DNA of 64,000 nucleotides from Candidatus Multivoradales bacterium. GTDB lineage: Bacteria; Acidobacteriota; Thermoanaerobaculia; Multivoradales; J023. The notes under the pieces were generated by a model. That model was not told the DNA's origin. It saw nothing but the letters and a program-made list of their open reading frames with translations, and did not search any database. Positions 15,001-28,700 of this stretch are shown here, piece by piece. Within the stretch, counting starts at the first letter, position 1. Each line of letters opens with the position of its first letter. Position numbers and translations under genes: made by a program. The stretch spans positions 5,154,601 through 5,218,600 of the forward strand of contig CBDFLE010000006.1 in the NCBI GenBank assembly GCA_965248925.1. Direction: 5' to 3'.

Positions 15001-16611
15001 CGGGCCGAGACCGAAGGCTTGATTGGGTTTTTCGTCAATATCCTGCCGCTGCGCCTCGACCTTTCGGGGGGGCTTAGTTTTCGCCAGCTGTTGACCCGCG
15101 TGCGGCTGGAAACACTGTCGGCGCTGACTCATCAAGACTTGCCTTTCGACCAGCTGGTGATGGCGCTCAGCCCGGAGCGCAGTCTGGCTCCTTCGCCGCT
15201 ATTCGACGTTCTATTCGTCAATCAGACCGAGGGCCGGACGCCGGTCGCTGAGAGTTCCGAAGGCGCCGGCGAGGCCGCTGAACCACCGTCGCTGACCTTT
15301 GAGCCGATGGTGCCAGAGTTTGCGGTGTCGCGCTTTGAGCTGGCGCTCTTCGTCGGCGAGGATGGCGGCACTATCGCTGGTGCTTGGGACTTCCAGCTGG
15401 ATCTGTTCGACCCGTCGACCATCGCTACCTTGAGCTCTCGATTCGAAACCTTGATTGCCTCGATCGTCGCCTTACCGGACGCGCCGATCGATGCTCTCGA
15501 ATATCACACCGCAGCAGAACGATTGGAGCAGGACATGCAACGACAGCAACGCCAAGCAAAGAGTTTCAGCAAGTTCAAGAAGATCAAACCCAAGGCGGTG
15601 AGCCTGACCAGCGATGCCGAGCTGGTGGCCACCAGTTACCTGAGCGAGGACAGCCGGCTGCCGGTGGTCTTCCAGCCCACCCAACCTGATGTTGACTTGG
15701 TGGAGTGGGCGGCTGCCCACCGGCAGCAAATCGAAGACCGGGTAAGGCGCCATGGCGCGGCTCTGTTCCGTGGCTTCGGTGGCCCCTCGGTGGAGCGCTT
15801 TGAGCGCTTCGCGGTGGCGGTCTGCCCCGATCTCTATGGCGACTATGGCGACCTACCGAAGGAAGAATCGGGCGACAATATCTACCATTCGACTCCCTAC
15901 CCGAAGGATAAGATGATCTTGTTCCACAACGAGAGTTCGCATCTGGAGCGCTGGCCGATACGCCAGTTCTTCTCCTGCGTCGTCGCCTCTACCAGCGGTG
16001 GTGAGACCCCGATCGTCGATTGCCGGCAGCTCTATCGCCACCTCGACCCGGTGCTGCGCCAGCGCTTCGAGGAGCAGGGTCTACGCTATGTTCGCAACTT
16101 CACTCCCGGGCTCGATGTCAGCTGGCAGGATTTCCTCAAGACCGAAGATCGGCAGCAAGCCGAGCACCAGATGGCGGCGCGGGGCCTGGGCTTCGAATGG
16201 AAAGAGGGGGGCGGGCTCCGCATCTGGAAGCGGGCACCAGCGATCGTCCAGCATCCGGACACCGGCACAGCACTGTTCTTCAACCAGATCCAGCTCCACC
16301 ATGTGGCCTATTTGGACGAAGAGGTGCGCTCTAGCCTGCTAGCTCTGTATGCGGTGGAAGATCTGCCGCGCAATGTCTATTTTGGTGATGGTTCGCCGAT
16401 CGAAGACGAGGTAGCGCAGGCCATTCTCGAGCTCTATTGGCGGCACTCGGTGAGTTTCCGCTGGCAAGAGGGCGACATCGTGATGCTCGACAACATGCTC
16501 ATCGCGCATGCTCGCAATCCTTTCGAGGGTGAGCGCAAGATCATCGTTGCGATGGGGCGGATGTTCGCCCAGGAAGACCTCACCAGCACCGCAGTTGGTG
16601 AGCGGAGCTAG
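1..16611 (+). CDS. Multimodular NRPS, 5'-truncated by the window edge: A-T-C-A-T-C-A-T-C-A-T-C-A-T-C-TauD/SyrP-like Fe(II)/2OG beta-hydroxylase
   Basis: Frame is open from base 1. It has five A domains (YTSGSTG, YRxGDL, KxRGxRIE), five GGHSLLA T domains and five HHIxxDxW C domains with SFxQxRLW starts (LCL-like). The C-terminal domain has FHNESSH...MLDNMLIAHARNPF. Hand-read specificity codes: A1 DALVMGVTY (unclear, hydrophobic), A2 DLFNNALTY (Ala), A3 DAEDIGTIV (Lys/Arg-like), A4 DAEIAGLIS (unusual), A5 DLTKVGEVG (Asn). Confidence 0.96.
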   Translation: MIDALPVEGLCLLIYTSGSTGQPKASGTTHRGVVSLVRGGSHYAELLPTDTMLQQAPVSFDASVLEIWGMLLNGGRVGIGSADQLDLDEVATALIAQRVTVQVLTSGLFRLLAEERLDSLAGLRDLMTGGEAASVPHMRKVLRAYPRLRLSNVYGPSENSTYSAVQMTRPWHLGAASMPIGTPVSNRTVLVLDGFLRLVASGVPGRLYVGGHGLARGYWRRPGMTASVFVPHPYSRQRGERLYDTGDLARLLADGSLDFLGRQDHQVKIRGFRIEPGEVAVALMELPEVGDAVVVVSQGDTEKHLVAYVVPTAPVADLERCLHAALATKLPTYMLPSAIVELASLPLSPNGKLDREALPAPRSRNLASPLVRLPESAAEKLLAEIWQEVLVVDGLGVDENFFELGGHSLLATRVISRLRRSLNIELPLSALFEEPTIGGLARLLERDTQNALGASRRIERRAAGQEQAPSFGQRRLWFIDQLKPGNPVYNIANALRLEGQVDSAVLVYSIERLVERHQVLRTVFHEIDGQPVLEVRPPGTLTLPEIDLSGLPTASQWPVVRELAAGEASAPFDLGSDSVLRVTLLRLAADDQVLLLVVHHIAADGWSMDLMIHEISAHYSAAAAGQQAPLPELPIQYADFAAWQQELLSSAVGEQQLQFWHRTLDQAPALLELPLDRPRPAVQRHRGARYDFQVPAALSAALRDLGQQLGATPFMILLTAFKVLLARHSGQSDISIGTPIAGRRMSEAENLIGLFANTLVLRNTLQPANSFSSLVAAIRATTLDAYENQDLPFERLVEELKPERSLAFSPLFQVFFVWLDAAVGGQPAAVEALRWSSVETGHTTSMFDLALTMHERQGAFVGEFVFDTDLFEASTVQRLAERFRVLLDSAVARPGMLIAELSLLPGAEVEQLLLQLAPGAPPVGTRPRFLHQFFGCQAALTPAAVAVVHGDRHWTYAELDQRATEIAAGLQARGVGPEVLVAVCVERGAELVAALLGVLKAGGGYLPLDSAYPTSRLRATLQDSRATLLLVDDEATAKRLEGTVQWLLVSTVVADPDRWLAMDLDPDQLAYSIYTSGSTGRPKGIGITHGSAAQLVAWASAEFSAAELEAVLASTSVCFDLSVFEIFVPLSVGGRVVMVSDALELAEGGAGATVTLINSVPSAISELNRLEAIPPTVRTLNLAGEPLRGELLRSLYEGSSVERVLNLYGPSEDTTYSTWAQPLRASSEEPPIGRPISGSSVFLLDPLGQLVPIGVVGELLLAGAGLARGYLGRPALTAERFVPDGVSGRSSARMYRSGDLARWRVNGELEFLGRLDHQVKVRGFRIELGEIEVALSEVGGVDSMVVVAEGSAEARRLVAYVTGRLEVEELRRQLSRRLPAYMVPEVFVVLEALPLNVNGKIDRDCLPSPAAELVARGMVSRLPESPTELRLAAIWQEVLELGEVGAEESFFTLGGHSLLATRVISRVRTEFAAELPLRSLFETPTIAGLARQVDLARQPTTLPALRPLLRGGPLPLSFAQQRLWFIDQLEPGNLVFNIPIVLHAEGPLEVAALAACFTEVVRRHEVLRTTFATEDGEPVQVVARPRPVSLPLIDLCALRAADRQQQTDRATDLCERRPFNLATGPLVRCALIRMEQGQHQLQVTLHHIVSDAWTLEVLYQEVAALYHAFSQRQPSPLAELPLQYADYAGWQRQWLRGEALEQRLDFWRHTLAGAPPLLELPYDRPRPAMQSHRGGYHRFTLSQQVAATVGKLGQSLTATPFIILLALFKGLLARYSGAIDLVVGTPVAGRDHLELERLIGCFINTLVLRTDLSGDPSSRQLVQRVREVFLAADAHQQVPFEKLVEELGVERSLTHSPLFQVMFLQPRSALVSSSPNEAETRPDASREELSWRVVERAGETSQFDLTLSVQEDAAGGLVGTLEYCLDLFEPSTMERLARHYSNWVAGALADPELTLSQLSMLSPVERYQLRFERALGGSTGSVPWSTVQQGIWQQARCAPQRLALVADDVQLSYAELVGAAARLGERLRLLGVGPEVAVALSVERSPEMVVAVLAVLAAGGFYVPLDPALPTARCEWIVDQARPRVLLTRAALRQRFAVGEAEVLLLDDVLSAPAAAGDATVAELPLPAAGESAVYAIFTSGSTGRPKGVLVSHQSLANYTAVASQVFVVSAEDRVLQLASLSFDASAEEIFPALTRGATLVLRDEAMMGSARAFFAACRRQRVTVLDLPTALWHELMQAMEEEDLTLPGTLRLVILGGEAAQSEPWAIWRRRVGSRVRLVNTYGPTESTIVATHWQLGRRAWLASDGEMPMGRPVAGCATYLAGRRLQLVPPGVDGELLIGGRGVARCYLGQPALTAERFVPNPFSDRPGDRLYRSGDLARWRSDGALRFIGRLDQQIKIRGFRVELGEIENVLAAHPQVREAALRMFEDPRGARLVAYVVGTAKATDLRQFLAARLPDYMVPAQFVDLERLPLNTMGKLDRQALPQPRPVDGVGSGYSAPRGAIEQGLAEIWQDVLGVEQVGRSDDFFALGGHSLLATRVIARLRRLLGVEPPLRLLFEAPVLAQQAASLGEFGGRAQAPPIEPQSRDQPLVVSFAQQRLWLIDQLDPGSAAYNMPIAMRVEGELDIAALGWALSEMMRRHEVLRSRFVGVKGVARQRVDPPPPPFLPLIDLSGLTGADRRCSTLGRVAEEAATPFDLARGPLLRALVLRLAEQQHAILITVHHIVSDGWSMELMSREMIALYGAGSNGRPSPLAELPIQYGDFAIWQRRWLAGEVMDAELAYWRRQLAGAPPVLELPLDRPRPALQSSAGAHFGCRLDADTGSAVRRLARELGATPFMVMLAAYGGLLARHSNQLDLCIGTPVAGRGRLELEPLIGFFVNTLVLRADCSGDPSGALLVERTKEAVLAADQHQNVPFDKLVEELAVERSLSTSPLFQVMFALQNAALEAPRPALPGNEPNRWEALELPGQSAQFDLTLTVFDGDDMAVDIEYRSSLFDPTTIERMAGHYRNLVRALLVAPQRSWSLLTMLSAAERCQLMVELQGPEGASDEGSLVHQRFQAQARRCPEAVAVVHAGGELTYAELAQASAELATCLCQQGVGPEVAVALVVERGPEMIVAVLGIAEAGGFYVPIDPSLPAERQAFMLDEVRPSVLVTQSHLRPDLPPHGATIVLLDPPTAEQERRVAGRVIGRLDPENPAYTIYTSGSTGRPKGVVIRHGALAEYIETTVEKYGLRPGDRVLQFSSVSFDASVEEIYSPLVCGATLVLRDEDMLSSVAAFLDRCERWRLTVLILTTAYWHELAVALDREDLELPPLVRLLAIGGEAALAEAWSSWSRRVDPRVRLINLWGTTETTISTTQWQVRGLPSHGTSEMPIGRPLRNYRTYLCGRYLEPVPLGVSGEALIGGSGLARGFFGRPRLTAQRFIPDPFACLSGSRLYRTGDLARWTPDGVLEFAGRIDLQVKVRGFRVELGEIESVLMSHPAVREAAVTLRDEVAGDQRLVAYLTGAAATAEELRAHLADRLPAYMVPVAFVALEQLPQTALGKVDRRALPAPARKDLTAGLFVPPCGAMETAIASIWQEVLAVERVGRDDNFFALGGHSLLAARVISRLRQALGVEPPLRAIFESPTLADLAVSLEQLSADAGERIGRQQPGASQPLSYAQRRLWLIDQLEPGSAAYNIPTALRIEGQFEITVLSRGLTEVVRRHQVLRTRFESLGGIPQQVIEAAMAVALPLVELSALRPAERAAEEARWLAAEADQPFDLGRAPLLRGLVLRLAPECHAVALSVHHIASDGWSMELLTQEVSELYRAFAAGRPSPLEELQIQYADFAAWQRQQQSAEDLEAELSYWQERLAAAPPPLELPFDRPRPAIQSGRGAHSDRALAAPISRAVRRLAEAGEATLFIALLSGFQAFLGRLTGQLDFTVGTPVAGRDRLETEPLIGFFVNTLVLRADLTQQPNWEELLRRTRQRTLEALDHQTLPFEKLVEVLDPQRSLAYAPLFQVMFQLNSTAVAKPEVLDEVAAEAADGPRWSLLGAASSSTKFDLTLAVSELDEGLHLTLEYSTDLFEKTTIDRLLRGYEILLEGLAMEPELPFWQLPLLSPSERRQLLEEWSGAAAAVPEVEPLSVLFAARVQQFPQRLAVIDEYGSLSYRQLDQRAEQLAAYLRQLGAGAEVRVGLLSERSLDMVVALLAIAKTGSAYVPLDPAHPPARLVFVLADAAATIVVGEDGLLEGLELPPSVRHLVGFDSAKSALAGRSTVAVPAPYELESTAYVIYTSGSTGQPKGTMISQRSLSNYLLWAVAAYGAEQGGGSLVASSLAFDLTITSLLVPLISGTGVRLISAAAGALGLGEKLLEAADLSLLKLTPSQAQLIARQRSGAELEGRARCLVLGGEALSAEHFATWPSATRVVNEYGPTEATVGCILFETRPTVAEGAVPIGRPVAGARAHLLDRHASLVAPGVAGELYLGGPGLARGYVGRPALTAERFVPDPFTERPGERLYRSGDLARYLAAGELDFLGRCDQQIKLRGYRIEPGEIEALLAARPGVEEAFVMLEQNGERLLAYVAAGGEPPKAEELRQQLASRLPEYMVPSVIVVLPALPLTVNGKIDRRALPPPVAAPDADAALPAGQLEQLLAKIFAAVLGLDEVGREESFFALGGHSLLATQVVSRIRAAMAVELPLRELFEQPTVAGLAARVELAMADNLGLTAPPLVPAARDQPLPLSFTQRRLWFIDQLDTGSAAYNLPHVLRLRGELDVSALAWAFSTLVRRHEILRTSFGTEDEQPVQRVSPAAEWRLPRVDLGSLEVADGEHQARRLARQEGQRPFDLSRGPLLRTVLLDLAEEQHLLLVTMHHIASDAWSMQILSGEVGQLYQAAAARQPDSLPPLPIQYADYAVWQRQWLAGEVLEQMLETWTGKLRGAPRRLDLPFDRPRPEVPSLRGGSQPFVLPAALAGELRGLGAAADCTLFMTLLACLYALLYRLTGQPDLVVGTDLANRNRAETEGLIGFFVNILPLRLDLSGGLSFRQLLTRVRLETLSALTHQDLPFDQLVMALSPERSLAPSPLFDVLFVNQTEGRTPVAESSEGAGEAAEPPSLTFEPMVPEFAVSRFELALFVGEDGGTIAGAWDFQLDLFDPSTIATLSSRFETLIASIVALPDAPIDALEYHTAAERLEQDMQRQQRQAKSFSKFKKIKPKAVSLTSDAELVATSYLSEDSRLPVVFQPTQPDVDLVEWAAAHRQQIEDRVRRHGAALFRGFGGPSVERFERFAVAVCPDLYGDYGDLPKEESGDNIYHSTPYPKDKMILFHNESSHLERWPIRQFFSCVVASTSGGETPIVDCRQLYRHLDPVLRQRFEEQGLRYVRNFTPGLDVSWQDFLKTEDRQQAEHQMAARGLGFEWKEGGGLRIWKRAPAIVQHPDTGTALFFNQIQLHHVAYLDEEVRSSLLALYAVEDLPRNVYFGDGSPIEDEVAQAILELYWRHSVSFRWQEGDIVMLDNMLIAHARNPFEGERKIIVAMGRMFAQEDLTSTAVGERS

Positions 16612-16618
16612 CGCGATT

Positions 16619-21188
<4,570 letters not shown>

Positions 21189-21196
<8 letters not shown>

Positions 21197-24100
21197 TCTA
21201 CCGGTAGAAGGTTTCAGGGCTTCGCCGCAGCAGCGCCGGTTGTGGCCGGCGATGCGTCACGGCGCCGAATTGAGGGTCCAAGGGGCGCTGACCATCCGTG
21301 GCCAGCTCGAACTCGAAGTGCTGCGCCGGGCGCTGGCGACGCGGGTCGAAAAGCACGAGATCTTGCGCACCACGTTCTTCCTACCGCCTGGCCTGCGCAC
21401 ACCGTTGCAGGTGGTGGGTGAAGACGCGGCCTACGAATTGTGCCAGCTGGCCGCCGAAGAGTCGTTGTCGCAATTGCTCGCGGCAGAGCGCTCGCGGCCC
21501 TTCCACCTGCGCTCGGGGCCCCTGTTGCGGGTTGCTTGGGTCAGCCATTCCCCGGCTCATAGCTGGCTGGTGCTGACCCTGCCGGCGCTGTGTGCGGATC
21601 GCCGCAGCCTTGACAATTTGCTCGTTGAATTGGCCGCGGAGCTGAGTGGCACTAGTCCGGTGCTTGCCGCCGCCGCCGATCAGGCCGACAACGAGACACT
21701 GCAATATGCCGATTTCGCTGCTTGGCTGGAACAGCTCGTAGACGATCCGGACGACGATGCAGTGCCTTTGGCAGCAGCTTTCTGGCAGCCTCTGATCGAT
21801 CATGAAGCCGCCGCGGCTCACTTGCCTGGGCAGGGGAATGCGGCCGCAGCTGGAACCTTCGTGCCACAGCGCCTCACTCTCGAAATGCAACCGGCGCTCG
21901 GCCAGGCCCTGGACGAGTGGCGGGGGAGCACAGCCGGGCAACAGGCGGTGGGTGATTGGGTGCTCGTCGCCTGGCACACTTTGCTGTGGCGGTTAACCGG
22001 CACGTCGGTCCGGGTTGGCGAAGTGGTCCTGGGCCGAACCGACGCTGAACTCGACGCCATGATCGGACCGCTTGAATGTTGTTTGCCGCTGGCTTGCTGT
22101 CCAGCAGACACACTCAGCGGTAGCGAGTTCGTCGATCTGTGCCGCGAGGCCCGGCGCCAGACCGATGAGTGGCAGGACTATGCTGATCTGGATCGGCTGC
22201 AGGAATGCCAGTTTTCGTTCGAAGAAACCGCGGCTCCGGTCGCCTTGGCCAGCAGCCGAGGACTGAGTTGCGAGTGGTTGGCCAGCTGGTCTTGCGGAGG
22301 GTTATTCACCGCGCGGTTGGTCTGTGAGACGGCCGAGAACCAGCTGCAGGCCCTGCGGCTGTTCTACGATCCGCGGCAGCTGGACGAGGGCCAGGCAACC
22401 GTCTTGGGCGCGCGTCTGCAGCGGTTGCTCGCCGCTCTCTTGCGCTCCCCAGAGCGCCGGTTGACGGAACTCGAGTTGCTCGGTGTCCCCGAGCAGCGGC
22501 GGCTGATGGTGGATTTCCAAGGTGCTCCAGTGAGCGCGCGTCTCTTACCGCTCGACCGACGTCTGGAAGCGCTGGCGGCTGAACGACCGATGGCTCCAGC
22601 GCTGATCTGTGGCGCCCAGCGCTTGACCTATGGCGAGCTGTTCGGGCGGGTCGAAACGCTGAGCGAACGCTTGAGACAGCAAGGTGTCGGCCCGGAGGAC
22701 CGGGTGGCGATCCATGCCGAGCGCTCGGCCGATCTGGTGGTGGCGATCTTCGCCATTTTCCGTGCCGGTGCCGCCTATGTGGTGCTCGAGCCGGGCTCTC
22801 CCGCGGATCGGCTGGCCGCTGCTGTGGCCGACAGCCGGCCCCGGGTGCTGCTCACCGAGAGCGCTCAGCCGGTGCTTGGCGAGTCTTTCGAGGGAGCGGT
22901 GCTGCTGCTCGACGATGCTGCGTCGGATCCGTCGCCTGCTGCCGGTCCACCGCCGGTGAATGCCGGCTCGGCGCTGGAGCAACTGGCCTACGTGCTGTTC
23001 ACCTCGGGCTCGACCGGGCGGCCAAAAGGGGTGGCGATCGAACATCGGGCACTGGCCAGCTATGTCGCGGCGGTCATCTCGCGGCTCGAGTTGCAGGACG
23101 GCTGGCGCTACGCCATGGTGTCGACTTTCGCCGCCGACCTCGGTCACACCATGCTCTATCCGGCGCTGGCCAGTGGTGGATGTCTGCATGTGATCAGCGC
23201 TGAGATGGCTGCCAGCCCGGACACTCTGGCCGACTACATGGAAGCGCAGGAGATCGACTGTCTGAAGATCGTGCCCTCCCATCTCAAGGCCCTGCTGTCG
23301 ATGTCACGGCCGGGTCGAGTGTTGCCGCGGCGCCGGCTGGTGCTGGGGGGTGAAGCGTTGAGCCGCGAGTTACCAGAGCGGCTTGACGAACTAGCGGCGC
23401 GCTGCCGGGTGTTCAATCACTATGGCCCTACCGAGACCACTGTGGGGGTGCTCGCCGGAGCCGCTTCAGTGCGGCTCGAGGGCGCCGCTACGGTACCTCT
23501 GGGACGGCCGCTCGACGGTGCCCGGGCCATCCTCCTGGACCGTTGGGGAGGGGCGGTAGCCGAAGGCGTAGTCGGTGAGATTCACCTTGGCGGCAGCAGC
23601 CTGGCGCGCTGCTATTGGTGCCGCCCAGCCTGGACTGCGGAGCGTTTTGTGCCAGATCGCTGGAGCGGCGCCAGCGGTGAGCGCTTGTATCGCACCGGCG
23701 ATCTGGCCAAGCAAGTGCGCGACACCAGCGACGGCCTAGTGATGGCATTCGTCGGCCGCACGGATTCACAAGTCAAGCTGCGTGGTTTCCGCATCGAGCT
23801 GGGCGAGGTCGAGGCGGCGTTGCGTCAGCTGAACGAGGTGCGCGATGCGGTGGCGGTGATCCGCCGTGATGTGGATACCGAAGTTCGTCTGGTGGCCTAC
23901 GTGGTGTTTCGCCAGCGACGTCTGCAGCTGATCGATGGTTGGCGCCAAACCCTGGCGGCGAGCTTGCCGGACTACATGGTGCCGGTGGCAATGGTAGCGC
24001 TCGATGCCTTGCCATTGACCGCCAATGGCAAAGTCGACCGCGCCGCCCTACCGGCGCCCGAGCGCATCCGCTCGCTGGCGGAGAACTATGTGGTTCCCCA

Positions 24101-25796
24101 GGGAGAGGCTGAGTGCTTGCTGGCCGAGGTGTGGGAAGAGGTTCTTGGTATGGAACGGATTGGTAGCGAGGACAACTTTTTCGAACTCGGTGGTGACTCG
24201 ATCTTGGCCATTCAGGTGATCGCCCGCGCCAGCCGTGCCGGCCTGACTGTCGATCCCAGGCAAATCTTCCAGTATCAGACCATAGCCGAACTCGCTTTAG
24301 TGGCGGTGGAAGGAGCCGGACCGGTGGTGGCCGAGCAGGGTTTGGTAGCGGGGATGGCACCGCTAACACCGATCCAGCAGTGGTTTTTCGCTCAGGGTTT
24401 CGAACAGCCGCAGCATTGGAATCAGAGCTTGATGTTCGACAGCCCCAAGCCCCTCGAAGTAGGAGTGCTAGGGGCCGCGATAAGCGGGTTGATGGATCAT
24501 CACGACGCGCTCCGCTCACGTTTCCAGATCAGCGAGGAGCGCCAGCAGCAGATCTTTGAGCGCTCAGCACCCGAACAGGGGAGAGTGACTCATCTCGACC
24601 TCTCGCGGCTGCGGGCCGAGGAGGGTAGTGGCCAGATTTCCTCGCTGGCGGCCCAAGCCCAGGCCGCCCTCGATCTGCGGTGCGGACCGGTGTTGCGCGC
24701 CATCTACTTCGAGATCGGCGGCGAGGTTGGCCACCGGCTGTTGTTGGTGATACACCATCTGGTGATCGATGGCGTTTCTTGGCGGGTCTTGTTCGAGGAT
24801 CTGGCGGCGCTCTACGGTCAGCTGGCCAGTGGCCAGGCGCCGAGCCTGCCGGCCAAGACGACCTCCTACAAGAGCTGGGCCGAGAAGTCCGTTGCCCACG
24901 TCGCCGCCGGTGCCCTCGACCAAGAGCTGGAGTTCTGGCGGGCGGCGCGGCCCCTAGGCTCAGCAGGGCTGCCTCTCGATTTTCCGTCCGGCGACAACAG
25001 CCTGATGTCTGCTGATGGGGTGGTCGTAGAACTCGACGCCGATCTCACTCGCTCCCTGTTGCAGGAGGTACCGGCAGCATACGGCACCGAGATCAACGAT
25101 CTGCTGCTGAGCGCCCTCCTACTCACCTTGAGCGGCGGCGCTGGCGACCGCGAACTCTTGCTCGAGATGGAAGGGCATGGCCGTGAGATGGTCTTCGCCG
25201 ATGTCGATCTGTCGCGAACCGTCGGTTGGTTCACCACCCACTACCCAGTGCTGCTGCGCGGGCCCGTTGGCGCAGATCTGGGTGCCACGTTAATCGCGGT
25301 CAAGGAGAACTTGCGCCAGCTGCCGGCCCGCGGAATCGGCTACGGCATGCTGCGCTACCTGCGCCCGGCTGACGCCGTTGGCGAAGGGCTGGGTGCCCAG
25401 CCGGAGCCGACGCTGAGTTTCAACTACCTGGGACAGCTGGATTCGGCGGTCGATCAAGCCGCCGGATTTTTGCAGCCGGCCGCTGAGGACACCGGACCCT
25501 CGTCGTATGTCGGCAGCCATCGGTACCGCCAGCTAGAGATCAGCGTCATGGTCATCGGTGGCAAATTGCGCAGCAACTGGATCTTCAGCAAGGAACTGCA
25601 CCGGCGGGCCACCATCGAAGGCTGGGCCGGTGATTTCCTCAACCACTTGAAGGTGCTGATCGAGCATTGTCTGTCGCCCGCGGTGGGTGCGCACACACCT
25701 TCGGATTTTCCTCTGGCCGGACTCGACCAAGACAGTCTGGAGCAGATCTCGAAGTTGCTTGGCGAGAATGACGATCTTTGGGAGGAAGCCGGTTGA
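21189..25796 (+). CDS. NRPS: interface (I) domain-A(Asp)-T-E (epimerisation)
   Basis: LPALCAD pseudo-C, A code DLTKVGHVG and T GGDSI. E-domain motifs are PLTPIQQWF, HHLVIDGVSWRVL, EGHGRE, RTVGWFTT and FNYLGQ, followed by a C-terminal TPSDFPLA COM-like motif. ATG 21189 overlaps the upstream gene end. Confidence 0.93.
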
Positions 25797-28700
25797 AGAA
25801 TCGCAATCTGGAAGATATCTACCCGCTTTCACCTCTACAGGAGAGCTTGCTCTACCACCTCTTGGCGCTTCCCGGCTCGGCGGTGGGTTTCGAGCAGAAG
25901 AGCACCATCCTGCGGGGGGAGCTAGACCTGGATGCTTTTGCGGAGGCCTGGCGGCAGGTAGTGCGGCGCCATCCAACCCTGCGCACGGTGTTTGTCTGGG
26001 AAGGGTTGGCGCGGCCGATGCAGGTAGTGTGCAAGCGGGTAGAACTCGCCCTTGAACGGCACGATTGGTCGGCGTCTTCGACCGACCGCCAGGTTACCGA
26101 CCTAGAGGCATTTTTGGACGCCGATCAGCGCCGCGGTTTCGATTTGAGGCGGGCGCCTTTGATGCGTCTGGCGTTGATCGATCTCGGCGAGCAAACCTGG
26201 CGCTTGGTGTGGAGCTACCACCACCTACTGATCGACGCTTGGTGCCGTTCACTGGTGCTGGACGAAGTCGCGGCGCTCTACAGCGGACTGCGCGTTGGCC
26301 AGCAGCCGACTTTACCGCCGCGGCGTCCGTTTCGCGACTATATGGCGTGGCTGGCGCGGCAAGACGAAGCGGCGGCGGCGGCTTTCTGGCGTCGTAGCCT
26401 GGCCGCGGTAGGGGAGCCTACCCGCCTACGCCTCGAAGGTGTCGACCCGGCGGTCGATCGAGAGGTTGGGTACCAAGGCCGTGACCGCTACCTGGCGAGC
26501 GAGTGTAGCGCTGTAGTAGGGGCTGGGGCCAAGCGCTTGGGAATCACCCTCGGCAGTCTGGTGCAGGGAGCTTGGGCGATCTTGCTGGGTCGCTACAGTG
26601 GACTCTCAAAAGTGATTTTCGGTGCGACGGTTTCTGGTAGACCACCGGATTTGCCAGGTGTCGAGAACCTAGTCGGCATGTTGATCAACAATCTGCCGGT
26701 GGCGTTGCAGATCGACGATGCGCAGCCGGTTGGCGGCTGGCTATCGGAGCTACAGCGCCAGGTCGCCGAGTTGCGCACCTATCAGCATTGCTCGCCAGCG
26801 CAGATTCTTGAATGGAGCGGTCGCCCAGCTGGTCAACGCTTGTTCGACACCTTGCTGCTGTTTCAGAACGCTCCCCAGGACAGCTTGGGTGAGCCCGCCG
26901 ATGACGACTCGGCTGCGGGGTCGGCGGCGGCCGAACTTGAGATCAGCGACTACCGCAGCCGGCTGGAAACCGGCTACCCTTTGACATTGGTGGTGGTGCC
27001 CGGCGAGCGCATGCTGCTGCGAGCCTTCTTCGACGCCAGCCGTTACTCCGCTACCGCGATGGAGCGCTTGCTCGGTCACCTGGAGAATCTGTTGGTCGGC
27101 TTGATCGGCGATCCGAAACGGCCGCTCGGCGAGCTCGAGATGCTTTGGCCAGAGGAGCAGCAGTGGCTGTTGCAGGACTGTGAAAGCGGCCTGGGAGATT
27201 TCGGGCGCCTTGACCGAGCCTACCTACTAGACGACCTGCGACGGCCGGTGGCGGCTGGGTTGCCCGGCGATCTCTGGCTCGCCGGCAGTGGTGTTGTGCC
27301 GGTGCCTGAGGGCACCGCGGTGGCGCCCGATCCGTTCCGCGAATCGCCCACCGCTCAGATGTGGCAGAGCGGCTATTCCGCGCGCCGCTTGGCCGCAGGT
27401 GAGCTCGAGACGCTGGGGCCCAGCCAACGACGGGTCGAAGTCGCCGGCCAACGGATCCGAGTAGGGGAGATAGAGGCCGCTCTGCGGCGCGATCCGGAAG
27501 TTGGGGAAGTTCTCGTCAAGCGTTGGCGCACGGCTCGTGGTGTCGACTATTGGCTGGCTTACGTGGAGCCTGCGCCAGCGGCCGGATTGGATGTTCCGCG
27601 CTTGCGCCAGACTGCCGAGCGCCTGCTGCCGCGTCACCTCTTGCCAGCGTTCTTCGTCGAGTTGACGCCGCTGCCTCGGGACTCAGCGGGCAGACTCGAT
27701 GAGGACCGGCTGCCGGCTCCCGAGAGCCTCACCGATCGCTTGCACGCTGGTTTTGTGCCGCCGGAAACACCGCTGCAGCTTCGCTTGGTGCGGATTTGGG
27801 AAGAGACCTTCGGGCTCACCCCGATCGGAATTCGGGATGACTTCTTTGCCCTCGGCGGGCATTCGGCGCTGGCGGTGCTGTTAATGACCCGGATTCGCGC
27901 GGAGTTTGGCGACCTGCTACCGCTCAACGCATTGCTCGAGGCTGGCACAGTGGAGAGGCTGGCCGGGGTGATCGGCCGGCCCGCCGAAGATCGAGAACCC
28001 AGTAGCTTGGTTGCCATCCAGGCGGCTGGCTCGCGAACGCCGCTGTTCGTGGTCCATCCCGGCGGTGGTGGGGTGCTGTGCTACACCGACCTGGCCTACT
28101 GCCTGGGCGCCGACCAGCCGGTGCTTGGCCTACAGGCTCCGGGCTGGGCCGATTCCCGTGCCCCGTTCACCACTGTCGAGGAACTCGCCGAACTCTACGT
28201 CGAGCTAATTCACCACCGGCTGCCGGACGGGCCGTACCGGTTGGCGGGCTGGTCGTTCGGCGGACTAGTGGCGTATGAAGTAGCGCTGCGATTGGCGGAT
28301 GCCGGGCAGCCCCCAGATCTGCTGGCGGTACTCGATGCCGGGCGGCGAGATGAAGTCGAGGTGCTGAGCGAAAGCGAAATCTTGATGCGTTTCCTCGAGT
28401 CTGTTCCGCGGCTCGCCGAGCAACTGAGCGCGAGCGAACTGGCGGCGATTGGTGACCTCGATGCACAGATCGCCCATGCGTTAGCCATTGCCAGGCAAAA
28501 CGGAGTGTTACCGCCGCACTTCGACGTCGAGGAGGCGCGGCGCCTATTTACGGTCCGGCGGGCCTGCATCCGGGCCGCCGAGGTCTACTTACCGGGAAAC
28601 CTTGATGGCTCGATAGAGTTGTTTGTCTCGCGCGAGTTTCGCGATGGTTTCGGCGATCCGGAACTCGGCTGGCGGTCCTGGGTGGAGGGAGAGATCGTTG